64,000 nucleotides of DNA, taken from assembly GCA_964188305.1 (NCBI GenBank), contig OZ076894.1. One strand, 5' to 3'. Position 1 is the stretch's first letter. Every line of letters begins with the position of its first letter. The position numbers and the translations under genes were made by a program. Of this stretch, positions 27,526 through 39,658 are shown one piece after another. Source of the stretch: Podarcis bocagei (Eukaryota). The notes beneath the pieces were generated by a model. That model saw only the letters and a list, made by a program, of their open reading frames with translations, had not been told where the DNA came from and ran no database searches.

Positions 27526-30500
27526 TCTGAAATTCTGGTGATGTATATAGGATGACTGCAGAGCTATACCATAGCAAATGGCTTCTGTTCTGGATTGCAA
27601 CTGGAGTAAGGACACACCCCCCCCCAAAAAAAAAAATCCAACCAAGGCTGATTGATTCACCAACATTCTTTTATTCTTTTTTGAGCTTGTTTGTTGTCCG
27701 GTGACATATATGTGAAGGCATCTTTCCCTAAAGTCTCACATATCGTCTAAAACCTTAACTCATAAAAAAAGAAAATGCCTGATACGTTCTGATTTTTATC
27801 TATATTGTGTTGCCAAACAGGAAGGATTCTAAGCATTCAAATTAAATAACAATGTAAAACCCATTTGGAACATTTATGATATTTGTAACATACGATATAT
27901 AATCAATTGATAAGCAGTTAGGATGAATTTTTATTTTCTGCATAACTGATGTAAAAGTTTGCCTTTTATGTCATTTTATTTCTTGCGCTACCTCAAATTG
28001 TGTAAAATTACTGAAATAAACATATTACTGGAGATACAAGTTTCAAGGGTGTATAACTCAATCCCATAGAAGTTTTGTTGGGGAGTGAGAGTTGTATCTC
28101 ATGAGATGGAAACCGATAGTGTTTTAGTTCTCTGTTTCTAAGATGTATATTTTCTGTGTACTGTCATTTAACCATATAGTATTTGAATTCATGTCTTATT
28201 CTATATATACCAACTGAGTTCTTCATTCGCTAACATAATGGTTCAAACAGCTGGAAAGTTTGGTTGTTAGCAATGAAGCCAGAGCTGTGCTTGTGTAAGA
28301 AATGAGGGCACTGCCTGTGTGCGCAGTCACTTAATATTAACTAAGGCAGTCACCATCTGAGTGGTACTAAACCACGATAAGCTACCACTCATAGCACATG
28401 TACTGTTGTCCCATTTTATGGCCCACACAACTTTTAAAATCAATCTCGTCGTGACTTGATTCATTTTTTAATTCTCTGTTAACTAATTGCTACTACAACA
28501 CAGTCAGACAGGTGTAGGTGTTTTTGAATCTGAGGCTGGCATCTTCAGATGTTGGCATTAAATGTTTCATCGTTAGCATCTGGAGAGAGTGCTCAGACCA
28601 TCCATTAAACATCATTTCCAAGCTGTGCAAACCCACTGGAAAAAAACAAGGAATAGATCGAACACTTGTATCCTTTTCATATTTTCATTTACTCTAAAAG
28701 AAAACAGCACCAAGAAGTGCTAAACTTTCCCCTCTTTCTACTGCTTTTCTTTCCTTTTTCCTTTTATATTGAGCATCCTTTTTGTGGCAATGTGAACATT
28801 GTGAACCAGTGACCTGAACCTATTGTTAGTGAGAAACACGCTTAGGACAATGTACGTCTTTCCCTTGTTTTCCCCAAGTGTTATGAAGGCCTTGCAGTTA
28901 ATCTGGGATTCAGAATCATTACTTCCTACAGAGAGTCTTTCTATGCACACAATACTATCAAGTTTCTCATGCAAAAACTTTGAGAAGGAAGATCAGCAAA
29001 ATAAAAAGAAAAGCTATTTCTTTCACTCTTTCATTTTCAGAAAAGCATTTCTTCCCTAACAGAAAAAGAAAACAAAATAAACTTAACAAGGAAATTTTCT
29101 TTCATACAAAAAGCCATGGGGAAGGAAAATGTGATTGTCTTTCAACCAGTAGAAAAAAGAAAAAAATAGGGGTGGGTGGGTAGGTGTGTAATCACCGGCC
29201 TCCTCACCGCCACCGCCTCTTGCAATTTTTTCTGGCTCTCACAAAATCCCACTGATTTTAATGGTGGTGACAAAAAGAAAACAAACTTAATAGTAAACAC
29301 AGCTCTGCTTTAATCAACTTGGTCCAGCCCTAGTGCCTTGATGACAGTTTAAAACCCCTCCTCCATTCTCATCAGATTTAACATTTGATGGGTGGGGGGG
29401 GTGAAAACCCTCTTCCTCAGATGATCTGCTCAGACAACTGAGGCAGAGAGCTGTTTAACTCTGTATGTGAGTCCTCTGTCTTGCACTTGGATTTGTTCTG
29501 CATGTGTATGGGGTACTTGTGAGTGCACACAAGAGTGAGTGTGGGCGGCACTCACTTTTAGCCACATCTGCTACTGGCATTCAGCCCCTAGAGGGTTGGC
29601 CAAAGGTGAATCGTGCTCTCTGGCAAACAAAAGAAAAAAGCCACCCCTGCTCTGAATCCCAGGCTTCGTGTTCTTCACAATATACTCAGCCTCTGTCTTT
29701 CACAAGAGTTCTGGGACAGAAACAAACCTTTGGTGAAACTTGAATTTCTTCCAACAATAGTATTCTCCCATGTTGTCTTTTCCCTGTCCACGCTACGTTT
29801 AAGGAAACTTGTTTGTTTCCTTGTCATGTTGCACGTTTCCCCCAGTCTCACTCTGCATCAGCCACTAGTGGCTAAAGCAAAAAATTCAATGTGATGACAT
29901 CAGGACATGGGAGCCTGATCCTGTTTTCATATACTTCTTTCTCCTAATGTGTAGTTCCAAAGAAAGAGTTCCAGAATTGACGTTACATTCTGTCATTAAA
30001 TATTAGGGTGGGGGTATTTTTTTTAGCCTTAATGGAAGTGTTTCATGCTTCCCTCTCCCCTCCATACTGTTCCAGAGGTGGTTTTCGTGTTGGTGTCTTT
30101 CTGTATTGATTTTTAAAATTAAATGTACTGAGGAAATATTTATATTACAGCTTACGAAAAACAAAACTCCTCCTTTTGCATAGATCCATCAGGATGTTTG
30201 TGGCCTAAATAATCCTAGTTGACTCTGATTTCTCACAAACACTTCAATGAAACATCATCATATAAGGCAGTTTATGCCGCATTGATGTATGGCTACCTTC
30301 CAGCCATCAACAAATTCTCTCATTAATACTTACTGATCTATTGATGGGTTTTGATGCAGTCACCCATAAATGTACACTAGTGGCTAGTATTGATGAAAAT
30401 ACACTTAGGGGACTTTGCTGCATTGCTTTTTGAGACACCCCAGATTATAGAGAGATTGTTAATAGTGCCTCTGTAAATGCACATTCCCACAGTTCAACTT

Positions 30501-30714
30501 TGCCTAGCCGCCTGGGATGAGTCATAAGGCAAAGTAGACACAAATGCCAATCACATAGACAAATTATTTCGTCTGAGGGTGTTTTCACAGACACACTTCA
30601 GTCTGTAACATAACTAAGCTGTAGCATGACCCAGAAAGAGCAGCATGGCTTTTTATCCTCAACCATTGTACTTAGTGTGGCCATCATTGTGGGATCCACT
30701 CTATGGCACTTAGA

Positions 30715-30845
30715 CTAGCCTTCCCCAATCTGGTGGCTGCCAGATACTTTGGATCACAACTCCCATTGGCCAGCATGACCAGTGGTCAGGAATGATGAGG
30801 CTGGTTGTCCAGCAACATCTGGAGAGCATCTCATTGGCTACCCCT
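30715..30845. mobile_element. Degraded short hAT-like MITE
   Basis: CCAGATACTTTGGATCACAACTCCCA ... CAACATCTGGAG motifs. Confidence 0.5.
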
Positions 30846-31724
30846 TCAGGGAAAGGGAATGCAAAAGACTTGTGCTTTTTTAGAAGACACTACATTGAAC
30901 TTCTTCCTTTTCATTCCTCCTCAATTTGATCCCAGTGTTAAGTGCATGTGAAACAAATTGGTTAGTGCAGCCAAATAACTTCTAATTTTTGTTTGGAGTT
31001 CCAGTTTTCTAAAAGGCTTGTGGTTCACTACAATCATGTGTAAGTCTGTATAAACAAATGACACTTTTTACTGTTATGAAGCCTAGATTGTGCAGGAAAG
31101 GGGAAAAACACTCTTCAATAGGTTGTTTTTCTTTTTCTGTGCCCACAGCAATATTATTTCTAAGTGGGGTAAGGGTCGCAGGCTATTGTACAGCAGGAGG
31201 GTTTTCCTCCCCAGTACATCCGTGTTACATGAACACACCTTATCTTTTTCTGTAATGCCCAATCTGTAAGTAAAATATCTCTGTTTACTTGCATGTATAC
31301 ATAAATGATTGGATGTGTGAGAGACTTCTAAAATGAATTGTTGGTTTGGATCTGCATAGGGAAAAGAAATCTAAATGCTGGAGTAAGAAAGAAACTTGGG
31401 GGGGGATCCGTGACTTGTGTGAAGGATAACCAATATTTCGGTAGTAACAAAGAGAGGTTCTCTCAAATCATAGCAGTGCCAAGCAGCAAGTGACAAATGC
31501 TACTCTGAGGAAAGCACAGAGATTCAAGGAGCATAAAATAAACATATTAAAACGGGGGGTGGGAGACCTGAGCTCCCGTTCTTACTTTTTTATCCTTTCC
31601 ATCCTGGGTATAGGATAAAAGAAAACTCTTGGTTCCTTGTTAAAGAAAAAAAAAGCTCTTACTTGAAGTTCTTGCTTGGCAGATGTCAGTTGAAAGCTCA
31701 GCGAAGGAATAGGCTGCAATGTCA

Positions 31725-32066
31725 NNNNNNNNNNNNNNNNNNNNNNNNNNNNNNNNNNNNNNNNNNNNNNNNNNNNNNNNNNNNNNNNNNNNNNNNNNNN
31801 NNNNNNNNNNNNNNNNNNNNNNNNNNNNNNNNNNNNNNNNNNNNNNNNNNNNNNNNNNNNNNNNTGTACAGCAGAGGGGGAAATGCTTTTGGTAGAAATT
31901 ACTNNNNNNNNNNNNNNNNNNNNNNNNNNNNNNNNNNNNNNNNNNNNNNNNNNNNNNNNNNNNNNNNNNNNNNNNNNNNNNNNNNNNNNNNNNNNNNNNN
32001 NNNNNNNNNNNNNNNNNNNNNNNNNNNNNNNNNNNNNNNNNNNNNNNNNNNNNNNNNNNNNNNNNN
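31725..32066. other. Assembly gaps (N 31725-31864 and 31904-32066) around a 39-bp sequence island
   Basis: Runs of N. Confidence 0.99.
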
Positions 32067-32247
32067 CATAAAGTCAAATGCCATCTCCTGAAGCTTGCAT
32101 GGATCCTGTCAACCATGGTGACACAGAATCAGTACCTTGGAGCATTAAAATTTATTTGCTTCATTTCTGTGGTTGCAGTGATAGCGGGATAGAAAGAGAG
32201 TCATATTTAAATTTATGTGAAAATACTTTCCTACCCTGCAAGTTTTT

Positions 32248-32254
<7 letters not shown>

Positions 32255-32302
<48 letters not shown>
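32255..32302. repeat. (TG)n microsatellite
   Basis: Direct reading. Confidence 0.95.
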
Positions 32303-32304
<2 letters not shown>

Positions 32305-34499
32305 TGACTGTGAAAATGTGAAGTACAAATGCTGTATTTCAGGGAGGGGGTTTTTTAAATGTAAAAGATTCACAGTCATTAAGAGGCAAGAGACTAAGGA
32401 AAGTCTGAAGTTACATGGTACCACCACAGGGGTAGACCTTCCTGCTTGAGTTGACTACTAGTTTGAAGAGTAGCCCTGCTTGCTTTGGGGTTAGCCTGTG
32501 ATATTGGAGGGGAATTAGGATGCTGCATATATAGGAAATTTGCTTTTTCATAGAGCTACAGGGGACTAAAGACTTATCAGGGCTGTTCTTAAATACTTTG
32601 TGTACTGTGTCTCAGTACTTAAGTACTCAGACTGTAGGAGACAGAACAGTGTCTTGTTATGGTAATTAAAATATGGCCTCAGGAAGATGGGGTGGGGCTA
32701 AAGAAGCAAAATAGGGAAAGGCAGGATATCCCTTATGATAATGTAAGAGTAGAAAGCTGTATCTTATTTACTAAGGGATGGAAGGTACTCTTGGAAATTA
32801 CTTCTTTCCATCTTTTTTCCTCTCCATTAGAGCAATCTTGTGCTTCTTGACTTGTGGTCTTATGTTCTGAAATGCTTTGATCATTCAAGAGACCAGATTG
32901 CTCCAGTTTGTTTTTGTGTTTCCTAACCATGAGGACGTAGGAAGTCCCATCCTTGGAGAGTGAGACCTGTATTTGAAGGTCTCCTCTCTATTGTCAGAGA
33001 AACTTCCACAGCCCTTTCCCTACCAATATCAGATTTCCACTGTTGGTAGGACCAAACCATGGGAGATTTGGGTACATGCTGGGTGTGAACCTGAGAAATG
33101 GCTCTATCCAAAGGACCCAACACTTCAGTCCCCTTACATGCCCCCAAACAAGGTGGTGAGTTCAGTCCACCCTGGAGACCCTTTGACTTCCCTCCCAGTG
33201 TTTTCAGTAGGAGGGAAATAGTTAAGAAAAATCATGGGAGAGGAGTGGAAGAGCTCTCCTCCATTTTGCCAGCCGGAGCCCAGCAGGGTTCTGGATTGGT
33301 TGGTCCACTGTGTATCACGTCAAGCAATCCGACAAAGCGATATTCCAGACATGCCTTACACAGTAAAGCATCAGAAGGCACAAAAGGCCCAGGACTCAAG
33401 TCCGCTGGCTCACTCCCCAGCAATGCCCCTGACCTGGGAGTAAAACCCACTGAACACAGTAGAACTTCCAAGGAAATGGATAAGAGTTTCAGTGCCCTAG
33501 TGGGGAAACAGTCTTGGTTTCATCCTCCCTCCTGATTTCACTTGCAGAAATTGGTAGGATAGGTGGAGGGATGGGAGGATAGTAGCAAAGTTCCTGGCAG
33601 GTTGTTGAATTTTGGTTCTCATTTGTTTCCTCCGGGTCCATGAACAGCAGGAGCAACATTGTTAACACTTGTTTTCCATTCCTTACAAATCGGGTTTGAA
33701 TAATAATTTCAAATGTTTCCCCTTTAAAAAAACAACACACTGAAAGCAGCCGTCAAACACGGGAACTGGTGCATCTATGGGAAGACTAATGTAACAATGT
33801 GAACCATTTTTCTGAAATTCACTTTTTAAAAAGCTATGCTTAACTTTTTGAACATTTTAGAAAAGTAGCTGGATTTGCTATGTTTTAAAATATATATATT
33901 TGTGTGTGCCAAGATGCTGCACAACTTTATACTAAAGAGATCTAATGTTGGTGTTCCTATCGTATTCCATTACATCAGAATTTATGTACTATAAGTGATG
34001 AAAGAAACTGGAGTGGACAGATAAAAATAAAGATAACCAAATCCTTTTAAGCATAGCACCTTTTGTTCTTTGCTACCCATCTTAAAGATTTAAATTTCTC
34101 AGCAGTGCTTTGCTATTTTTGTTATAGTGGCACCTGCTCCTGTCACTGTCGTTTGAATCACTGCTCCTGTTCCATAGTTACATTAACAAACGCTGTGGAC
34201 TGAAATATCCAAGAGTGGCCTGGGATTTACAATAGGCTTTGTTTCCATGTTTGTAATGTTGTTCAAAGAATCCAGCATCCCTTCTCAGACAAAAGACCAA
34301 AAATCAAACAAGCGTGCACATCCTCATGTAGTTTCTTTTCTTCATTCAAAACTTTGTAGGATTTAATGGCACTACATTGGGCCTGATTTCCAAAATGGTT
34401 TTGGGCCACAATCCTTTACCCACATACCCAGGAGTAAGCCCTATTCAACTCTATGGGACTTGCCTCTTGAGTAGACATTGTGCTGTTGTAACAGTGTAA

Positions 34500-34540
34500 T
34501 GTTTGTTTGTTTGTTTGTTTGTTTGTTTGTTTGTTTGTTT

Positions 34541-34587
<47 letters not shown>
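34500..34587. repeat. Compound (TTTG)n(TTGC)n microsatellite
   Basis: Direct reading. Confidence 0.95.
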
Positions 34588-35239
34588 TCTAACATTCCTG
34601 TAACTGTATTTTTTTTATATACACACACACACACACACAAGCTTTCTAACATTCCAGGAATACTTTATAGCAATAATATGTAACCTGGAGGCCTCTTATA
34701 GACCCAACCACCCCAACTGAAGGAACTGCTAGGTAAACAATCAGTCATTCCTTTTGATGCACCAGTTGTCCAAAATGTCCTGGGCAAAGCGGTAAGGATT
34801 CCTTTTCCATTCCGAGGTGCAAATGTTCCCCTTTCACTGCAAAGAGAACATATTTGTTTGTGGAAAAGAGAGTAGGCTCAGCGACCGTGAGGAATATCAT
34901 AAATGGGGGAGAAGGTAAGCAATTTGGCATTGAGATAAAGGAAAGCGAGAGGGTGGGGGAATCTAGGTCACCCCCCAATATTTTGTACAGTTGGCCTCTA
35001 GCAGGTTAGAAATTTGCATTCAGCCTCTGGCTGAGAGAATGCCGCTTTCGAGCGGAGGGGAGATTTGTTCTTGGAGTCTCTCCAGCATTCTGTCTCGTCC
35101 TTTTTGCCAAAAGGAAAAGGGGCTTTTCTTCACTGCAGAATTAGTTTTTCTGCCTCCTACTACATCTGTGTCTTCTGAACTATCTTTTTTCGTTTGTTTT
35201 CTTTTTTGAAATCTTAGTGAAATGTTATAAAAAGTATAA

Positions 35240-35497
<258 letters not shown>

Positions 35498-37009
35498 TAG
35501 ATCTAGGGGGAGAGAAAGATAAGATTAGAGAACTGTTGTGTCCATTGCTGTTCAGGTGCTGGCAGAGCCACTCCATGATCATACCAATCTGCAGGCAAGG
35601 AGATTAGGCTGGGCTGAATGGGTGCTTCGTGTGGACTTCTGGCAATCATTTTGCACGGAAAAAGCACATCAGTAAATAGGACCTGCAGGCATACCCAGAG
35701 ATGCTCACTGCATCTGAAGCACCGTGCCACATTTTGTCCTTGTACGATGCTTTGGTGAGATTCTCTGCACAATAAAGTATCTGCTCTTCCTCTGCCTAGA
35801 TATCATAAACAATGAAGGGGAGGCATTTAGAAAATTTCCAAAGACAGGAAATTGTGACTCTTTCATCCATTCATGTGTGCCCAGTAAAGTCTAAAAAGGC
35901 CCTGTTGTGGGTGGTTTTGTTTCCCCCAAATCTAGTAGGGCATTTTCCTTTTTCCTCCGAGATGCGTCCAAAGTCAGGTCTCTTTTCTTGTTAGTTTTAA
36001 TTAACCAGGCTATGTTGCTTGGCAGATTTATTTTGATCATTTGTCATTTTGCCATACCACTGTTCGTCTTCTGGTCTTGTAGGTTATTTTTCCAAGAATA
36101 TTATTCTAATTACATGACAATATTATTATTTTTGTAAATCAGGGAAGTTCATTCTTGGTTCAGTAGCAATAATTACAATAGATTTTTGATGTTGTGCTTG
36201 GATAATGGTCTCCTGCTTTGAAAGTAAACATGTCAACTTCACCTTGATGTTTATTTTCTATCAACTCCTTGGCTTCACTTTGGCATTTCTTTCCTGGTGG
36301 AAAACTGTTATCCAGTCATTGTACTCAGCTCTACAGTGACATCCTTCCTTAATTATGATACCAACATGTGATTTCTTCATGAAGTAGAATTTAAATATTT
36401 AGAGGTTCGCCGACAAGAGGGCGTTTCTATTCCAGCAAGTAGTACTGTAGAAGCCTCCACACACCAAAGATCTCATTTTCCCAAACAATGTTGCAAATAT
36501 ATGTGTCTTCATTCGTAATGTATTGAATACAATTAACCCTAATTCCCAAATTTAAGAAACAAATAGTGCACTTTTTACGAGAGCAATGTGGTCTGTGTTC
36601 CATCTGTTTTGTTAATGCTTTCTCAATAGCCTGTCTGACTGTTTTTTAAAGATGTTTAAATATAAGATGAATACCCATATCATGGTTCACAAGCTCTTGG
36701 GAATATTTCAGCACACAGTAATGAGTTTTAACATTGAAGGAACCTGACAGCAACACTCACGTTACATATATGTGCACATAATTTACATGAGTGCAATTTC
36801 TCATATGATTTTTTTTAAAAAAGAAAACAGACCAACAAACACATTAGGCCTGAAACTGGGTCAACCAAATATGGAGAGCTAATGAGACCTTTCAGTACTG
36901 TCAGAACTACTACGGTACCAGATCTCACTACTATAAAGCCAACAGAAGTCTTATCACAAGGCATTTGGCAGTGCCAGAGGCTTCTTCAAGAAAGGGGCAG
37001 CAAAGCAGT

Positions 37010-37275
37010 GCAACACACAGTTAAACCATGGAATTCACTCTGATAAGAGGCAGTGAGGGCTCCCAACTTTGGAAAAGGATTCAGGAGAAGAAGGCTTATC
37101 AGTGGCTACTAGCCATGATGGCTGTTCTCGTGACTCCATGGCCATAGGCAGTAATGCTTCTGAATACCAGCTGCTGGAAGCTTGCAGGTTTTCCACGGGC
37201 ATCTGGATGGCCACTGTGAGAACAGAATGCTAGACTAGATGCCATTCTAGCAGGCTCTTCCTAAGTTCTTATGCT
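37010..37275 (+). mobile_element. Degraded squamate CR1 3' end
   Basis: GTTAAACCATGGAATTCACTC...GGCTACTAGCCATGATGGC...GGCCACTGTGAGAACAG...CTTCCTAAGTTCTTATG, typical of squamate CR1 3'UTRs. Confidence 0.65.
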
Positions 37276-37921
37276 CTTCTTTTCTAAGTGTCCAAGGAGG
37301 AACTTTCTCTGCCCGGTGCCACCCTGTGGCCCAGTGCTGCCATCTTTCTCCTCTAGGAAATGCAATGGTGCCACTCTAAACTTTTCTTAACAGGAAAGGA
37401 TAACCTAGGATTTTTTTCTCCCAGGAAATCTGCAACAGATGGCTTCTTAAAAGTTACCAAGCTTCATCATCCGCATTTTATCAGATGGGTGATTCCAGTT
37501 CCCTGTCTTTAGGAATTGCCAGGAGTGAGAGAGGAGTAGGGTATGCTGCCAGTCAGTGTCAGAGAAATAAGAAAGTGTCATGTCTCCAGGTGTGAGGGAG
37601 AGAGAAAAGGAAGAAACGGTATGTTATAGCCCATCATGAGGTGACTTGTAGAAAAAAGCTAGAGTCTTTTTGATCCTTGCTAATCCCAGAAGAAAGAATT
37701 CTTGCATAAGGTGGAGAAGTAAACAGCAAGATAGTGGGGGAACACCCCTTGTAATTTAGCAGCACGAGGCACTCAGGGAAGAGTTGGCCAGAGACACCAG
37801 CATCTCTCCCTTCTGTAGGAAACCTATCACCAATTTATTTCAAGTACATTGGGTTGTTTAACTTTGCTGCTGCTTCTTCTTTCAATGCAAACAAACTGAT
37901 GCTGTGTTTTACTGCTTGCAG

Positions 37922-37966
37922 GCACTGAAATTAACAAAGCAGCCCAAGATGCCAGTGAAAGTTTAA
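37922..37966 (+). CDS. SLC10A7: SLC10A7 terminal coding exon, ALKLTKQPKMPVKV*
   Basis: Acceptor ttttactgcttgcag|GCA; phase 0; KLT resembles the human C-terminus GVKLTRPTV; TAA at 37964-37966 followed by AT-rich 3'UTR-like sequence. Confidence 0.88.
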   Translation, partial: ALKLTKQPKMPVKV

Positions 37967-38450
37967 CAGTGGAAGAGATCCAATGAATGTATATATGTAC
38001 TATTTTGTACATACACAGAGACAATTCAGAAGATGGGCATATGTGAATGTTGCTTCGGCATTTATTTTATTTTTATAGATACTTATATATACATATATAT
38101 ATTTAAAATACCTACTGAAGTGCCTTAAAATATATTTGACAAAAAGCATTGATTCCAAAATCACATGGCTGCTTGGTGTAAGAGATTGCACTAAAGTTTG
38201 GGGTCATTTGAATTCCCCCCCCCCCTTATTGAGTGAATAGTTCAGACAATGAGAGACTGGAGCTTCCATCCTCACACCTTCTCAGAGGAAGTGGGCACAA
38301 GCCGCCAAGTGTTTCTTACTCTCACGTAAGCTCCACTGAACTGAATGAAGTCAGAACGAGAGCCGTGCTCTGCAGATTCTACTCACCATTCACGTGCATA
38401 TATGCTAATCCCAGGCCAAAACAAACCAGGGGCAAGCAACACTCTTCTGG

Positions 38451-38496
38451 CTGACAACGGGAAAGCAATTTCTGACAACGGGAAAGCAATTTCTGA
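38451..38496. repeat. 21-bp tandem duplication CTGACAACGGGAAAGCAATTT x2 in the presumed SLC10A7 3'UTR
   Basis: Direct reading. Confidence 0.9.
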
Positions 38497-39331
38497 AGTT
38501 CTAGTCAAGATTAACTTGAATTTCTGTGTGATTCCGTAACCCTCCCTGCTCCTATGATTATGACATGCCTTTTTCTTCTAAGTTTGTGTACACTCAGCAT
38601 GGGGCCATCCATTGGAGAGAAACGGAGAAGCATAAATTATTTGCATTTGTTGACACAGTTGTCTAGACATTCCTTCAAAGCTAATGGTTTCTCAAGGCAA
38701 TTCTCTGCATTCCATTTTTATGATTTTATGGCATTGTATATCTTAAATGCATCGTGAGCATCTTCAAAGAGAAGGCCCGGTGCTTATGGTTGTAAGGGAA
38801 GATCTGTGATCTACAAGTGCAGCTAGGAGGGTTTTTATTAGTAACATTAGTATTATTGGTGTTAACCCAAACTGAGCTAAAAGATCTCCCCTCTTTCCCC
38901 CAAATTCAGTACACCATACCCCACAGCGACAGAAGAATATCCAATGCTAATATTCTCTTTACTGTCGCTTGCAGAGTGGTGTTCTTTGCAGCAAAGGCAA
39001 GCTAGTGAAAATGAAAACCTAATTCTGTAATTAGATATTTCCCACAGAAAGCATATATTTGTGTACTCTTTAAATGTTTGAAAGCACTGGTATAAAAGGG
39101 GGAATATTTCTGGTCAATTTGGCTGCTGTAGCTTAAGTGAATTTTTTTAAAGATTAAATATGTTGAGTTTTCTTTACACTTTATAAAAGAGTCCAGTATA
39201 CTAATGATATACACTTACCTGGGAGTAAGTCCTTCATTGGAATTTACTTCCATTCCTCATAGGAATTTACATAGGATTGCATTGCTAGTAAGCAGTGTAC
39301 CTTATTCATGTCAGTTGCCTTTAGGCTAAGG

Positions 39332-39467
39332 CAGGATTCCTCAGCCTCAGCCCTCCAGATGTTTTGAGACTACAATTCCCATTATCCCTGACCACTGGTC
39401 CTGCTAGCTAGGGATCATGGGAGTTGTAGGCCAAAAACATCTGGAGGGCCTAGGTTGAGGAAGCCTG
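39332..39467. mobile_element. Short hAT MITE (CTCCAGATGTT...AACATCTGGAG family)
   Basis: TIRs CAGGATTCCTCAGCCT / AGGTTGAGGAAGCCTG, internal palindromy, flanked by GGCTAAGG and GGCTTAAG. Confidence 0.8.
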
Positions 39468-39473
39468 GGCTTA

Positions 39474-39658
39474 AGGGGTAGTCAACCTTTTTATACCTGC
39501 CACCCACTAATGCATCTTTCTCAATGGTAAAATTTCCTCACCGCCCACCAGTGCTCGATGGAAGGAGGATTCAGCTTGTGCCGTACAGCCCTCTACCGCC
39601 CACCTAGAATCCTGAAACGCCCACTAGTGGGCGGTAGGGACCAGGTTGACAACCCCTG
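39474..39658. mobile_element. Second, different hAT MITE abutting the first
   Basis: TIRs (c)AGGGGTAGTCAACCT / AGGTTGACAACCCCTG, ACCGCCCAC subterminal motifs, followed by GGCTAAGC. Confidence 0.78.

Noticed and set aside
31640-32116. ORFs spanning X runs
   Set aside because: Artefacts of N gaps.
36905-37060. Possible alternative SLC10A7 last exon (human has an alternative 3' exon in this intron)
   Set aside because: Weak acceptor, no convincing peptide similarity, and it runs into a CR1 remnant.
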